Of a stretch of 64,000 bases of DNA, positions 8,127-19,214 are shown in pieces. Under the pieces are notes generated by a model. It searched no databases and had not been told where the DNA came from. It saw only the letters and a list, made by a program, of their open reading frames with translations. The first letter of the stretch is position 1; every line of letters begins with the position of its first letter. Position numbers and translations under genes: made by a program. This DNA is from Andalucia godoyi And28 (lineage: Eukaryota > Protista > Jakobida): positions 473,853-537,852 of the forward strand of contig VRVR01000002.1 in the NCBI GenBank assembly GCA_009859145.1. Reading direction: 5' to 3'.

Positions 8127-11033
8127 TCATTCACCGTGGGCCGGATCGTGCATAAAGCGATCATCCGCCGCACCACCAACATCAAGGAAGTTCTCGTGAC
8201 GCTTCCGAATCGATGGCGAAATGGAGTGCAGATCGCTGAATGTCTGGCTCTTGGCAAGAAATGGCGAAGGAGAAGGAGAAGGAGAAGGAGAAGGAGAAGG
8301 AGAAGGGGACCGCGACGGTGGCCGCGAGACGAAAGCTTTTGCAGAGGAAGAAGCTGTGCCAACATCTCCTTCATTAAAGTCTGCCGAATCAAACAGCAGC
8401 AAAGGAGGAATATCCTTGGAGGATAAAGAACTGTCAATTTTTCGGACATTGGCATCCGCACGATCATCTCCATGGACCTGGCGGGGGTCAGAGGACGGAG
8501 TGCGAGGTGGAGTGGTAAGGTCCTCATCGTGAACAAATGGCGAATGGTCCTTATCAGATGCATTTGAAGACAGTGCCGGCGAGCGCATAACAAACGGGGA
8601 ATCGCCAATTCCGGACCCCGACCGCCTTCGGCGGACATATTGCGAGCCTCCACAACCAACAATCAACACTACCAGCAAGACCACCGATAAGCCAACTGCC
8701 CCATCAGTGGTCAAACAACGATCGATGAGCGTGATTAACCTCGCTGCTCGCTCCCACTTCTTTTCAAGGGCCTGTGTTTCGTTCAACATGAGCGCAAATC
8801 GCTCAAAAACCCGTGCTTCGACTGTTGCAAGTCGCTTTTCTGTCTTGTCGTCGATTTCCATTTGAATTTCGGCCAGATGGTGTGCGAGATGAACCATGTG
8901 ACGAGCAAGAGCATCTTGTTCGTCGTCAAACCTGTCCACCGACTGCTTGAAAAACCACTGATTGGACTCCAGTCGATTAATCTTGGTTAACATCACCCGG
9001 AAGATGTTCTCTTGGTCGGAACCTCCACGACGCGTGTTCTGTGTTGGATCATTGTCAACGACAGGAACGATGGAAGGATCTCGCCACGCAAAGTGCTCAC
9101 CAGAAGGGCGTGAAGGCATGGTCGCATCCACAGCCTTGTCGATAAACTTTGAAGCGCTTGTGGAATGTTGCTGCGATAGAATGAATTCCTTCGGATCCGT
9201 GGTCTGGATGTCCGCACTGTCGGGAGACACACCACGCTTGAGGTCTTCAAGGAGCGAGGTTCCAAAAACCTGCAACTCGGAAATCGTGCAAAAATGAGAC
9301 TTGTGACGACTGTGATGCGACAGGAACAAAATGCGCAAGTATCGCACGTAGGACGGCTTGAAGAGATCGTAAACAAACGTGGATCGAGAAGGTTCAACAA
9401 GAGGTGCCTCGAATCGTCCGAGTTCCAGCCAGTAGCAACTGGGAGGCTTACACGGATATTTGGTCGATCCCAGCACTGCAAACCGACGCACACTGCCAGC
9501 GTAGTACTCGTAGTTGGCGATCCCAAAAGATTCCATCAAAATTTCTTCTGGCAACTCGACATTCATCCAAATCCGAGATTCTGTACATGGAACTCTCCAG
9601 TACTTGTCCTCATTGTTATTCAGGACCTGATGAGCGCCTTTGCTGTTCGGTGTGGAGTCGAGAATTTTTGCTCCAACAAGAAAAGATGCATAGTTGAACT
9701 TGTGGTGCGGAAATTTGAAGGCAACCGGAAATTCAAACGGAACGGGCTCAACGGTTGTCGAGTTCTCGCGAGAAGGTACATCTACAGAGACGGTCACCTC
9801 TTTCGCTTCCGATGCCGTACTTGGCGCAGCTTCCGTCCTGTCCTCCGCAGCGGGACCTCGGTTGGGCACAGCAGAAGCTGCTTCTGCTACAACAGGTTCC
9901 AAAGGCGCTTGCTCGAGTTCTTTCGACTCGGCCGGTTGAACGTCGTCCACAAATACATCATCCAACGAAGGCGAAGACGATGATGCAAACGTCACGTTGG
10001 CGCACAAAGGTTCTTGAACATCGGGGCTGGATGCCGGCATGTTGGAGGACGCAGGATGTGTGTGGGCGTCGTTGGAAGAGCCCTCCTGCGAGTCTCCCGT
10101 CTGCGTCTTGTTGTTCTCCTGCTTCTCAATAGACAGAAAAACATCCGTGGAATTGTCCAAGTCGGTAATGATCTCTAGAACCGCGTCTGGCGAAACAGAA
10201 ATCACAGCTTCTTGAGGAAATTCGACGTGTCGTAAATCCTCGAGCGTGGGTACCGAGTCTGCCATTCCAACGACGCCGTCCACTTCCGAAAGCCTTCCTG
10301 CGTTGGCGCTCTCCACGGTCGCAACCGTCGGCATCGTCGCAGCCGTCGCCACATGATTGAGAGCGTCAGTGTTTCCATTTCCACTGGATTCTAATTGAAT
10401 CATGCGGTCCTCCACGGGCGCGACGGGATGCTTCGATGATGTCTTCCATCCGCGCTCCGACGGCAAATCCTGCTGGAAACCACCGGAGATCGGATAGATC
10501 GTCGAGGAATACAAGTCGCGAAACGATGCAGGGTCTTGTCTTCCAACGTGCTTATTCTTGTCTGGTTTCCTGAGAACCTCCGAACCCGTCTTCCTCTCGC
10601 TTCTTACAACTCCTAGAGGATGCTTTTCAAGTGCAATCGCATAGAAGCCAGTGCTCGGACTGTCGCAGACGGACCTTCTGAACCCAAACTCGTCGAGAAA
10701 CGACGGAACGGATTCAACTGCGCAGTGACCCGTCAGCAACTCTCTTTCTCGCTCTCGAAGCAGCCTCTCTGAAAACCGCGACTGATAATTCCCAAGCATT
10801 CCCTCTAGAACCTTGTCGGACAATTCCTGTCGTTTCTTGGTCGATTCATCCGCGGCAACGATGACAACAACAACACCACCAAGAAGAGAAAGGCAATACA
10901 AAAGAACAGTAAACAACAGTATGTGATTCACACGTCTCATTCCCATCGTGAGAAGAAGACCATTGGGAGATGTTTTGTTCGGGTCTTTTGACGAGACTTG
11001 GGCGCTATGTGTGGTCGTCGTCGCAATTTTCAA
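8127..11033 (-). CDS. Mid-SUN domain protein (SLP1/SUCO-like)
   Basis: N-terminal hydrophobic segment; FNYAS..GAKIL, DKY..PC, VELPEEI..FGIANYEYY SUN motifs; coiled coil and C-terminal TM; (SP)n repeat near the C-terminus. Confidence 0.88.
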   Translation of the reverse strand: MKIATTTTHSAQVSSKDPNKTSPNGLLLTMGMRRVNHILLFTVLLYCLSLLGGVVVVIVAADESTKKRQELSDKVLEGMLGNYQSRFSERLLRERERELLTGHCAVESVPSFLDEFGFRRSVCDSPSTGFYAIALEKHPLGVVRSERKTGSEVLRKPDKNKHVGRQDPASFRDLYSSTIYPISGGFQQDLPSERGWKTSSKHPVAPVEDRMIQLESSGNGNTDALNHVATAATMPTVATVESANAGRLSEVDGVVGMADSVPTLEDLRHVEFPQEAVISVSPDAVLEIITDLDNSTDVFLSIEKQENNKTQTGDSQEGSSNDAHTHPASSNMPASSPDVQEPLCANVTFASSSSPSLDDVFVDDVQPAESKELEQAPLEPVVAEAASAVPNRGPAAEDRTEAAPSTASEAKEVTVSVDVPSRENSTTVEPVPFEFPVAFKFPHHKFNYASFLVGAKILDSTPNSKGAHQVLNNNEDKYWRVPCTESRIWMNVELPEEILMESFGIANYEYYAGSVRRFAVLGSTKYPCKPPSCYWLELGRFEAPLVEPSRSTFVYDLFKPSYVRYLRILFLSHHSRHKSHFCTISELQVFGTSLLEDLKRGVSPDSADIQTTDPKEFILSQQHSTSASKFIDKAVDATMPSRPSGEHFAWRDPSIVPVVDNDPTQNTRRGGSDQENIFRVMLTKINRLESNQWFFKQSVDRFDDEQDALARHMVHLAHHLAEIQMEIDDKTEKRLATVEARVFERFALMLNETQALEKKWERAARLITLIDRCLTTDGAVGLSVVLLVVLIVGCGGSQYVRRRRSGSGIGDSPFVMRSPALSSNASDKDHSPFVHDEDLTTPPRTPSSDPRQVHGDDRADANVRKIDSSLSSKDIPPLLLFDSADFNEGDVGTASSSAKAFVSRPPSRSPSPSPSPSPSPSPSPFLAKSQTFSDLHSISPSIRKRHENFLDVGGAADDRFMHDPAHGE

Positions 11034-11826
11034 TGTGCCTGTTCGGATGCATTAAAAAGAGAGACGTCCTTCTTGGAAAAGAGGAGTGACGTGATGTGAT
11101 GCTCGTGTTGGATCTCACTACGGCCGGCACTCAAAACAAAAATTCGAAAAGCCAAAGATTGTTTATATTACTGTTGAATGAAGACCGACCTTTCCCCCCT
11201 GCAGATCGCTGCTACCGGTGGCGGCAGGTCGAGGCCCACTGAGAGACACTGTCGAATATTGACAACCGATTCCTTGTAATCGATGATTCCTCCGCCGCCG
11301 GGCCTCTCCCTCTCTGTGGCGCACACCATTGCCAATCAACAATCAATGCAACATCCGCTCGATTGAAAATAGAGAATGAAAGATCGAGAGAGAGAGAGAG
11401 AATGAACCAGTGGATGAAAAATGCGGAATGGCAATAAAAGAAGCTCGTTGAAATCCCTAGTTTTTTCCTGGTTCCCAAAGTCTAAACGGTTTCGAACGAA
11501 TGCACTCATTGATCAATTCGAGAGCTCTGAACAGGAAAATAGGTTGTTTCTGTCTTGGGGTGCGCAGACCCACAGATGTCACACTCAAAAGGGGAGTTCA
11601 TTGAATGGGTGCTGCTGCGGATTATGAGAGTCGTTTTAATTCAAAATTTCCGGACGAGGCTGGAGCATGCGAGCCAAATTTTTGGAGAGGTTTGGGTTGG
11701 AGGGTAAAATACGTACGTTGGGTGACGTGTAGAGGTGGCTGCAGAGGGCGTGGATGGTGGGGCGCCTGCTGGAATGGAGAAGAGAGAAAGAAAGAGGAGG
11801 AAATGTGCAGACTGGAGAGCAGCGGT

Positions 11827-14800
11827 TTACAGAAGCGAGAACAAGAGCGTGGCAACGACGGCAGTCAAGAACGAAAGCAATCCAAAGACACCCGCAGCGG
11901 ACTCGGTGTTCGCTGGTTGCTGATTAACGTTGGCAATGCGAGCGACGGCATAGTAGTTTCCGACCGTTGAGACCGAGCCGCAGTACTGGTTTCCGGACTG
12001 CGTGACCGTGATCTGGAGAGGCGTGCCGGGGTTTCCAGTGGTCGAGTCTGCCATCGCGAAGTCCTTGATGTAGTACGTTGCGGAATCGTACGTGATTGCG
12101 TTGTTGATGTCCACACACAGTGTGACGCTGCCAGTGAGAGACGTGTCCGACGTCAGACCCTGGGCGTTGGACAGCACCACCGCGACCTTGTAGTTGTACG
12201 AGTTGGTGATGTACACGTTTGTGTCTGTGGCCAGCAGCTTGACATCAGTTGCCTTCTCCGCAGGCACGTTCTCCATGATGCTGTTGACGGCGTTCGATGC
12301 AGAGACGGATGACAACTGGATCTCCGTCATCGCAACATTGATCGAGAAGTTGCCCGCAACGTTCGTGCTGTCGAACACGATGTTTCCGCAGGAAGCTTGC
12401 GTTCCAGGATCGACTCTGCATTTCTTCTTCTCCAGCTTGACGATCGAGTTGAAGCACGATCGAGAGGCGGCTCCAGCGGTGCAGTCGCACGAGATGCGCT
12501 CAAAGATCTCAATCATCGGGAGGTACTTGGTGCGGGCAAAGTTCAGCAGCTTCCGACCTTCAATTCTTGCCACTGCGTTCTGAATAGCGTCATCCACCTT
12601 TCCGTTGTCCAGCGTGTTTGTCCACTGATTCACAGAATCCCATCGACGGTCGGACCACGTTGTCGGCAAAATGGAGCCTGCGGTCCACTTGCCATCCACC
12701 CATGTGTAGACCGGTCGTCGGGAGCGGCCGCATGCATTGCAGTTTGTCGAGTCATAGTCGTTCCACTCGAAGGGCTTGTTGTCGTCCACACAGCGAGAGC
12801 CATGTGCATCGCACTCCGCCTTGGACGTCGCACGAGTGTGCCAGACGCCTCCCCTTGCCGTGCAGACGGAAGAATTGGAGACATCACTGTCCACGCAGCC
12901 CACACGAGACCACTGTCCAGTACAGGGCTTCGGGAAACCGTTCGAGTCGATCTCGAACTTCTTGACGCAGGCACCGTTTTTGCAGCCGTCTGGTCCGCAG
13001 CGCTGGAATTCGTAGTCATCACACATGCCGGTGGCCGTGCACGACGCTTGATCCGGACACCATGCATAGTCATTCCAGTTGCACTGAAGTTCGGACTGCA
13101 TGGTTCCGGTAGAGCACGTTGCCTGGGTCCGGCCACCACAGGTGTGGAACTGGAGAGGGGCTACGCACGATGCGGCATCCTGAAGATCCGTACGAACACA
13201 CTTCTGCGTGTTTTGGTTCCAGCGGGCAGCATTGTTGATCTGCGAGCACGCAGATGCATTCGCAACGGAGTTGTCGACGCACATGGTCTGAACGCCTCCT
13301 CGAGACTCGCAGCGGCGGCAGGCAACTGTGCACTCGCGCGCTGCATTGCATGCGGTCGAGTTGCCGCCGTTCTGGCGGACGGAGAAGATGGAGCACACTC
13401 CCGCCGAGCAGTCCGAGTTTGTGTCGTATCTTCCGGGAGTAAACACCTTTCCGGGCCAGAATACGGGTGAGTTGGTTTGCTGGAGGCACTGGGTTCTACC
13501 CTGGGGCTGCGAACCCGGTCCGTAGACACACGATGATGTCCTAAAGTCCCAGAAGGAGTTTCCGTATTGGAAGCAATCATTCATCGTGGAGATGTTTGTC
13601 AGGATGCAGCGAGTAAACGAGCAAGAAAAGTCCATCCCATTCGCCTGCGCATTGCTGCCGCAGATGGCGGAAGGCGTACACTGACTGACATTCTTTGCAC
13701 TCTTGTCAATGCACATCCGGTTTCCGAGAGTTTCCATCCAGTAGAAGCCAGCACCCTCACACGAGGTCTTGTCCTGGATTCCCGTGACTTGGCATCGTGC
13801 GAACTGCGAAACCTCCATGCACTGACCCCCGTAGCAAAGTCCGCAGAATTTCTGGTTGTCGGTACCGTTCACGCAATTCGAAGGGGTCATGGAATTGTCC
13901 CACGGACTCCAGTTGCACTTCTTCTCTGACAAGCAGCCGGCTTGGTTCCCCGGAACGACCACGGGCATGTAGCGTCCGTCCGAATCCTTCTCGAAGGACA
14001 TTGTTGACCGGTACGTGACATGCACACCCGATGCATTGGTGTAGTCCGCCATAGGTCCGACGCAGTCCAGCGACATGAGCCGTGCTCGGAAGGCAGCTGC
14101 AAAGGCGTCGGCTTGCTCAGTCTGCGAAGCATACTTGGACTGAAGAGCCCATTTGTTGGCCAGCTCATATCGCAGATCCGGGTCCATGTTATCCAAGAAG
14201 CATTTCACGATGATGTCGGATTCCGCAGAGGATCCCCACGGAACAACACAGCGGTTCGTCTGGGTATCGCAGCGCTTGGAATACGTGCAGTCGGAGTCCG
14301 TCTGGCATACCTTGTCGTAGATCTGCTTCTGGCAAGTGGACCGGAACGAAGTGTACTGGTCAAAGACGTCCTTGGAATTGCTGTTGGTTTGCGATTTCCG
14401 GTCCGCTTCTGCCTGATCCTGAAGTGCAGCAATAAAGTCGCGCAGAATCGGGGTGATCTTGGCTGGAGTCGAGCATTTTGCTGCGATCTGCGACGAAACG
14501 ACGTTGTCGACCGAAGTGACGGAAAGGGTCATTGCGGTCGGCACACAGCACTGCGAGTAGCGGAGCGTTGCATTGCAGCACGGAGACTGCGCAAACTGCA
14601 GCGAATCAGGAGGGAACGTGCAGTCCGTGGAAGGAGGCAGGGTCACTGTCTTCGAAGACGTGGTCAAGAAGGAGCCGACCAGTCCTTTGCAGCCGTCCAT
14701 CGACGACAAGGTGTCCAGTGAAGTGAGCAGAAAGCGGATCTGGTCCAGTGCCTGGCGGCCGCCAATGTTGGACTCCATATTCATCAACGACTGAACGGCC

Positions 14801-15510
14801 TTTTTGACAGACTGGAGACCGTCAAAGGTGCACTGGGGCTGCGAGACCTGCGTGAACGTCACCGTTCCGTCATAGGCAAGTCCATTGCTGTTAAAAATCG
14901 TTCGTGTTCCAGCGCCGCTTGGCTGGAATCGCAGTCGCGGACCGCAAGCAATAAGGTCACTGGCACTGTTGATGCGAGTAAACGGGTTCTGGCCCATGCC
15001 CTTGATCAGGATGACGGCGGCAACGCGGTTATTGACGGTTGAAATATTCAGATCAAACCCGCCAAACGAAGACAGCAGTCCCGACAACGGTTCGTAGGTG
15101 CTGGGTGACATCATCAAGAACTGAGGAGCACCGTTGCCACCACCGCTCTGCTGAGACTGCACGACGTTACTCGGACCGCATATGGATCCTGAATACGTCG
15201 TGAACTCCAGTGATGCAACACCGGCAGCATCGCGCGTGATGCGCGGCATGGTGTCTCCATCAGAGCCCTGCTGGACTGTTCCTTGGACAGAGCTGTAAGG
15301 AATAAGGTTGTTGGTTCCGTTCTGCTTCAGGTACACAGTCGAGTCGAAGTCGACGGTGAAAACGGCCACGAGGTAGTTTCCATCGGACCCCATGTTGAGA
15401 TTCGTGACACGAAGATTCGAGGACACGACGTTGAATGCGGACTGCGCTGAGATCAGCCCAGCTCCCACAAGCAAAGCCAGGAACAGCGAAATGGCGCCGT
15501 TGATCTTCAT
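11827..15510 (-). CDS. Large secreted Cys-rich repeat protein with probable GPI-anchor signal (unknown family)
   Basis: 1227-aa ORF with signal peptide, many Cys, repeated C-x8-10-C-x5-8-W units, many NxS/T sites and a hydrophobic C-terminus preceded by small residues (ESAAG). Codons are strongly C/G-ending. Confidence 0.85.
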   Translation of the reverse strand: MKINGAISLFLALLVGAGLISAQSAFNVVSSNLRVTNLNMGSDGNYLVAVFTVDFDSTVYLKQNGTNNLIPYSSVQGTVQQGSDGDTMPRITRDAAGVASLEFTTYSGSICGPSNVVQSQQSGGGNGAPQFLMMSPSTYEPLSGLLSSFGGFDLNISTVNNRVAAVILIKGMGQNPFTRINSASDLIACGPRLRFQPSGAGTRTIFNSNGLAYDGTVTFTQVSQPQCTFDGLQSVKKAVQSLMNMESNIGGRQALDQIRFLLTSLDTLSSMDGCKGLVGSFLTTSSKTVTLPPSTDCTFPPDSLQFAQSPCCNATLRYSQCCVPTAMTLSVTSVDNVVSSQIAAKCSTPAKITPILRDFIAALQDQAEADRKSQTNSNSKDVFDQYTSFRSTCQKQIYDKVCQTDSDCTYSKRCDTQTNRCVVPWGSSAESDIIVKCFLDNMDPDLRYELANKWALQSKYASQTEQADAFAAAFRARLMSLDCVGPMADYTNASGVHVTYRSTMSFEKDSDGRYMPVVVPGNQAGCLSEKKCNWSPWDNSMTPSNCVNGTDNQKFCGLCYGGQCMEVSQFARCQVTGIQDKTSCEGAGFYWMETLGNRMCIDKSAKNVSQCTPSAICGSNAQANGMDFSCSFTRCILTNISTMNDCFQYGNSFWDFRTSSCVYGPGSQPQGRTQCLQQTNSPVFWPGKVFTPGRYDTNSDCSAGVCSIFSVRQNGGNSTACNAARECTVACRRCESRGGVQTMCVDNSVANASACSQINNAARWNQNTQKCVRTDLQDAASCVAPLQFHTCGGRTQATCSTGTMQSELQCNWNDYAWCPDQASCTATGMCDDYEFQRCGPDGCKNGACVKKFEIDSNGFPKPCTGQWSRVGCVDSDVSNSSVCTARGGVWHTRATSKAECDAHGSRCVDDNKPFEWNDYDSTNCNACGRSRRPVYTWVDGKWTAGSILPTTWSDRRWDSVNQWTNTLDNGKVDDAIQNAVARIEGRKLLNFARTKYLPMIEIFERISCDCTAGAASRSCFNSIVKLEKKKCRVDPGTQASCGNIVFDSTNVAGNFSINVAMTEIQLSSVSASNAVNSIMENVPAEKATDVKLLATDTNVYITNSYNYKVAVVLSNAQGLTSDTSLTGSVTLCVDINNAITYDSATYYIKDFAMADSTTGNPGTPLQITVTQSGNQYCGSVSTVGNYYAVARIANVNQQPANTESAAGVFGLLSFLTAVVATLLFSLL

Positions 15511-15649
15511 TCTTCAGAGAACCAAAAAAAAAAAAAAGATTTTTGTTCTTTGTTGGTGTCGGTGTTGCTGATGATGATGAGCGGCAAAAAGGGATGCAAA
15601 GGATGCAAAGGACACTATAAGAAGTCTTTAAAAGAAGAGAGAGTAAAAG

Positions 15650-15730
15650 AAAAGAAGGAAAGAAGGAAAGAAGGAAAGAAGAAAAGAAGGAAAGAAGGAA
15701 AGAAGGAAAGAAGGAAAGAAGGGAAAAAAA
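15650..15730. repeat. Purine-rich (AAGG/AAAG)n low-complexity tract
   Basis: Seen directly, upstream of the 1227-aa gene. Confidence 0.8.
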
Positions 15731-16137
15731 ACAGTCATAAATAACAGTGCGGACCGTCGAGTTCTGGGGCGGAATCATGATTCGTGTTTTTTCTTCACTT
15801 TTCAGCTCTGTCAACGAACCCTACAAAAACCGTCGCACCATTTTTGGGGCTACATCAGACCCCATCACAGCTGCTTTTTGAGGCAATCTTCGCTCGGGGG
15901 CCCGGATTTGTTCCTGTGAACAAAGAATGACGTCTCGCCTCGCAGTTTTTTTTCTCTCTCTCGTCCTTTTTCGTTTGGTTTGGCGGCCAATGTGTCTGAA
16001 AAACATGTTGTCATGCATTCGATGTGGGTGCTGTGGAGAGAGTTTTTCTAATATTTATTTTAAAATTAATAAGCGTCCTTTTCACGGGGAGCACTGTGTC
16101 TCAGGAGACCTGGTCCGTCGTCGTGCAGAAGCTCGTG

Positions 16138-16443
16138 TCAGCAGATACGATGTTTGTTTTTGATCCGTTGCAACGACCGGACCACCCCGTTGTTCAGGCA
16201 TTTGCGCAGGGCTGGCGATTGTTCAGGATGCAGGACGTCTGCTAGGGCGCTTTTTCCAAATTGCGTACGATCTGCTACGGCAGAGTCTGAAAGCGGATGG
16301 AACAGGCATCCTGATTCCTGTTTTGGAATGTGTCCGAGCAGACGATACGTCCCGCGGCCACATAATTCCGTTAATCCGTTGGAGTTGACAATACAAATTT
16401 GTTTGAAAGCAGGCGAATCCTTTGCGCTCGGGGATTCCTGCAT
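16138..16443 (-). CDS. Possible small hypothetical protein (101 aa)
   Basis: ATG at 16443 is the only nearby minus-strand ATG; AATAAA lies about 80 nt after the stop. No motif. Confidence 0.2.
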   Translation of the reverse strand: MQESPSAKDSPAFKQICIVNSNGLTELCGRGTYRLLGHIPKQESGCLFHPLSDSAVADRTQFGKSALADVLHPEQSPALRKCLNNGVVRSLQRIKNKHRIC

Positions 16444-16630
16444 TGCGAGCAGGAGTGCGTTGCGACAATACAACTTTCCCAACGCCCCAGAACTTATCGA
16501 TGGGAACTGTGTCTTCGACCTTCCCCTCCCCCCTCAAGATGGAGTTTCGCAACACACGACTCGCGCGCGGAACCGTCGCTTGTTTGGAATGAGATGCGCG
16601 GGGGAAAAGATGTTTTAATAGCAAACGGTT

Positions 16631-17716
16631 TTACAAGAATGAGACGCTCGAAATGAGGGCATTGTAGCTGTTGACGGTCTGCAGTGCGTGTTGCGCAATG
16701 TCGATCTGGATGGTAACCGGGTTGTCGTTGGCGTACTGCTTGTTGTTGGGAGTCACGGCGACGGACGTAAGTTGCGTGCTTGAATCGCGAGAAACAATCC
16801 AGCTAGAGCCCTTGGTTGCGTCTGCGAGCGATCCAGAGAAGACGTCGCTCGGGAAGCAAGCAGCGGAGTACGCAAATGCGGCATTGGCAGACTTGTCGTC
16901 GAACGGCGACAGATCAAACATCAGAGTCTCTGCATCTCCTTCAATATCGCTCGATGACAGGGAGCATGCGAACAAGTTTCCGTTTTCATCGTCCATCGGT
17001 GCGCATGTGAATCCCGAGGTGATCAAGTCCGCAATCCACGTTCCAGAGTTCGACAGCACGATTGCATGTCTCAATGGGCGCTGTCCCTGCGGTGAATTGC
17101 ATGTGTACATGCTCCACGATGCCTGCGCCGCGAGTGTCAAGTTCATTGACTTGAAAATCGGGACGGACGACGACGGAGACGTAATGGACACTGGTCCCAT
17201 GAACTGGTACGTCGGGGCATTGACATCGCGGACATGGAAAGCGCCTTCTCCGACCTGCCAAACGGCATTCTGCGTCGGTGCCGTTGCGTTTCCAAAGCAC
17301 TCGTCTGCGAAATCAAACTCGGCACTCAGGGTGGAGACGGAAGACATGTTCACGCGAACTGCACAGTGGAATAGACTGGTGTCCGAGGAGACACATCCAG
17401 ACGAGAACTCCACGGAGTTTCCAGAGCCCAGCTTCACGGGAATCGACGACCATGACGCAGGCTTGCGCGAGATGCATGCATACACATCCGGGCTGCGCGA
17501 ACGAAGGCCGCAGGCAAAAGAGAAGCCGAGGAACGTGGAAAGGAGAGTCTTGTCAGTGAATGCAGCAACAAGACCGCGCGTGAGATCCGAGTTGATCGCT
17601 GTGCAGTTTCCAAGGACGTCCGGGGCTGCACCGTCGACAGAAGCCGTATAAGTCTGTGCAAGCGTAACGCATGACAGCACGCCCAGAACAAGGCAAAGAA
17701 CCGCAAGTGTCTTCAT
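16631..17716 (-). CDS. Secreted hypothetical protein, 361 aa
   Basis: Clear signal peptide MKTLAVLCLVLGVLSCVTLA; spaced Cys; NxS/T sites; beta-rich composition. Confidence 0.8.
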   Translation of the reverse strand: MKTLAVLCLVLGVLSCVTLAQTYTASVDGAAPDVLGNCTAINSDLTRGLVAAFTDKTLLSTFLGFSFACGLRSRSPDVYACISRKPASWSSIPVKLGSGNSVEFSSGCVSSDTSLFHCAVRVNMSSVSTLSAEFDFADECFGNATAPTQNAVWQVGEGAFHVRDVNAPTYQFMGPVSITSPSSSVPIFKSMNLTLAAQASWSMYTCNSPQGQRPLRHAIVLSNSGTWIADLITSGFTCAPMDDENGNLFACSLSSSDIEGDAETLMFDLSPFDDKSANAAFAYSAACFPSDVFSGSLADATKGSSWIVSRDSSTQLTSVAVTPNNKQYANDNPVTIQIDIAQHALQTVNSYNALISSVSFL

Positions 17717-18202
17717 TCTGCTATTCCTCCTTTTTTCCTCCCCTTCTTCTTCTTCTTCTTCCTTCTAAAACACGGAGGCTAACAAAAAGAAACAAATAAA
17801 AGAAACGGAAAAAAAGAAAAAGAAAAGGAAAAGGAAGGAGGAGAAGAAGAAAGAGAGAAGGCGAATAACAACGTACGAAAGCGACGAGCCTTGCGTAAGG
17901 GCGGTCAAAACGAAATCGGCTGTGCAGCGGGAACGCTGTGCGTCGTCTCTGTGACAATTTCGGGAGCAGTCGGGAAGAGAAGAGTCGGAGCCCCAAAGTC
18001 AAGATGCAGAAATCTGCAGGAATTCTGGTTTTTTAACAGAAACAGTGGGGAAGGTGAGGAGGCATCAGCTTGCGTCAACTCTGTCTATTTTAATCCTCCT
18101 CTTTTTCCTCCTTTCTTTCTGGTTTCTTTTGGTAATTGCAGTTGCTGCACTTTGCGAAGAAAGAAGAGGGAGCGGAAGAAAAGGAGGAATGAGCAAGGGA
18201 AA

Positions 18203-19018
18203 ATGACAGAGCGAACTGGAGGCGTGTGCTGGGGTGTGTTTTTTGTGCTGATTGGTGCGCTGGTCTCATCCGTCCAGGGTCAGTCGGGACAGACATCCGC
18301 ATGCAAAGCGTACCCTGCGCTATGTCCCCACCATGGCGTGTTCACGACGCCGAGTCCTGCGCAGTACTCGGTGAACTTTTCCACTTCTGCCGGAGCATTC
18401 ACGGTAGATGTCCTGCGATCGTGGGCGCCGATTGGTGCGGACAGGTTCTATGCGCTTGTAAAAAGCGGTTTCTACAACGACGCCCGCTTCTATCGTGTGC
18501 TACCGGGATTCGTGGTGCAGTTTGGGATTGCGGCCTCGGCTGGGGTGTCTTATATCTGGGAAAACGACGACAAGTTCCACACCAATCTGCCCAACGACCC
18601 TGTCATTTCCGGTATTTCCAATGTCCGAGGTTGGGTTTCGTATGCAGCGGCCGGAGATCCCGTCACGGGACTTGCAGTCAACCGAACGACTGAGATCTTT
18701 GTAAACTACGGCGACAATTCCAGGTTGGACAAATTTGGGTTTGTGCCGTTTGGAGTCGTGAAAAGCACATCGCAGATGGGTATCGTCGATCGTTTGTATT
18801 CGTACGGCGAAGTCCGCGACATTTGCGCGCAAACCGTGGCAGTGGATTCCAAGGCGCAGCACCCTCTCAAGTTTGCGCATCCATCGTCAACGGAAGCGGG
18901 GCCAAGATACAATTGCACCGGCCCTTATGCATCCATGATTTACGACGATGGTAACGACTATCTGGTGTCTGACTTCCCGCTGATGGACTATGTTATTTCT
19001 GCCATCGCAACACCCTAG
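18203..19018 (+). CDS. Secreted cyclophilin-type peptidyl-prolyl isomerase
   Basis: Signal peptide after ATG 18203; WAPIGADRFYALVKSGFY, FYRVLPGFVVQFG, RTTEIFVNYGDNSRLD, FVPFG. Confidence 0.9.
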   Translation: MTERTGGVCWGVFFVLIGALVSSVQGQSGQTSACKAYPALCPHHGVFTTPSPAQYSVNFSTSAGAFTVDVLRSWAPIGADRFYALVKSGFYNDARFYRVLPGFVVQFGIAASAGVSYIWENDDKFHTNLPNDPVISGISNVRGWVSYAAAGDPVTGLAVNRTTEIFVNYGDNSRLDKFGFVPFGVVKSTSQMGIVDRLYSYGEVRDICAQTVAVDSKAQHPLKFAHPSSTEAGPRYNCTGPYASMIYDDGNDYLVSDFPLMDYVISAIATP

Positions 19019-19214
19019 CCCTAGTGGTGATTTTGCCATCTATCGCAATTGCAATAGATGAAACAAACGAACGAACAAACAAACAAACCAAAAAAAAAAA
19101 AGGCGATAGAATCAGAAGAAGTGGGGAAAAATGCGTTACAGCACTGATTTTCATGATTATAAATTAAGATAGAGGGCGAGTAAAGTCAGACAAAGCAAAC
19201 GCACAGAAAGCAAA

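Noticed and set aside
15927-16376. In-frame TGA at 16161 between two plus-strand open stretches (possible selenocysteine readthrough)
   Set aside because: No redox motif, no SECIS seen, and the coding strand is unresolved.
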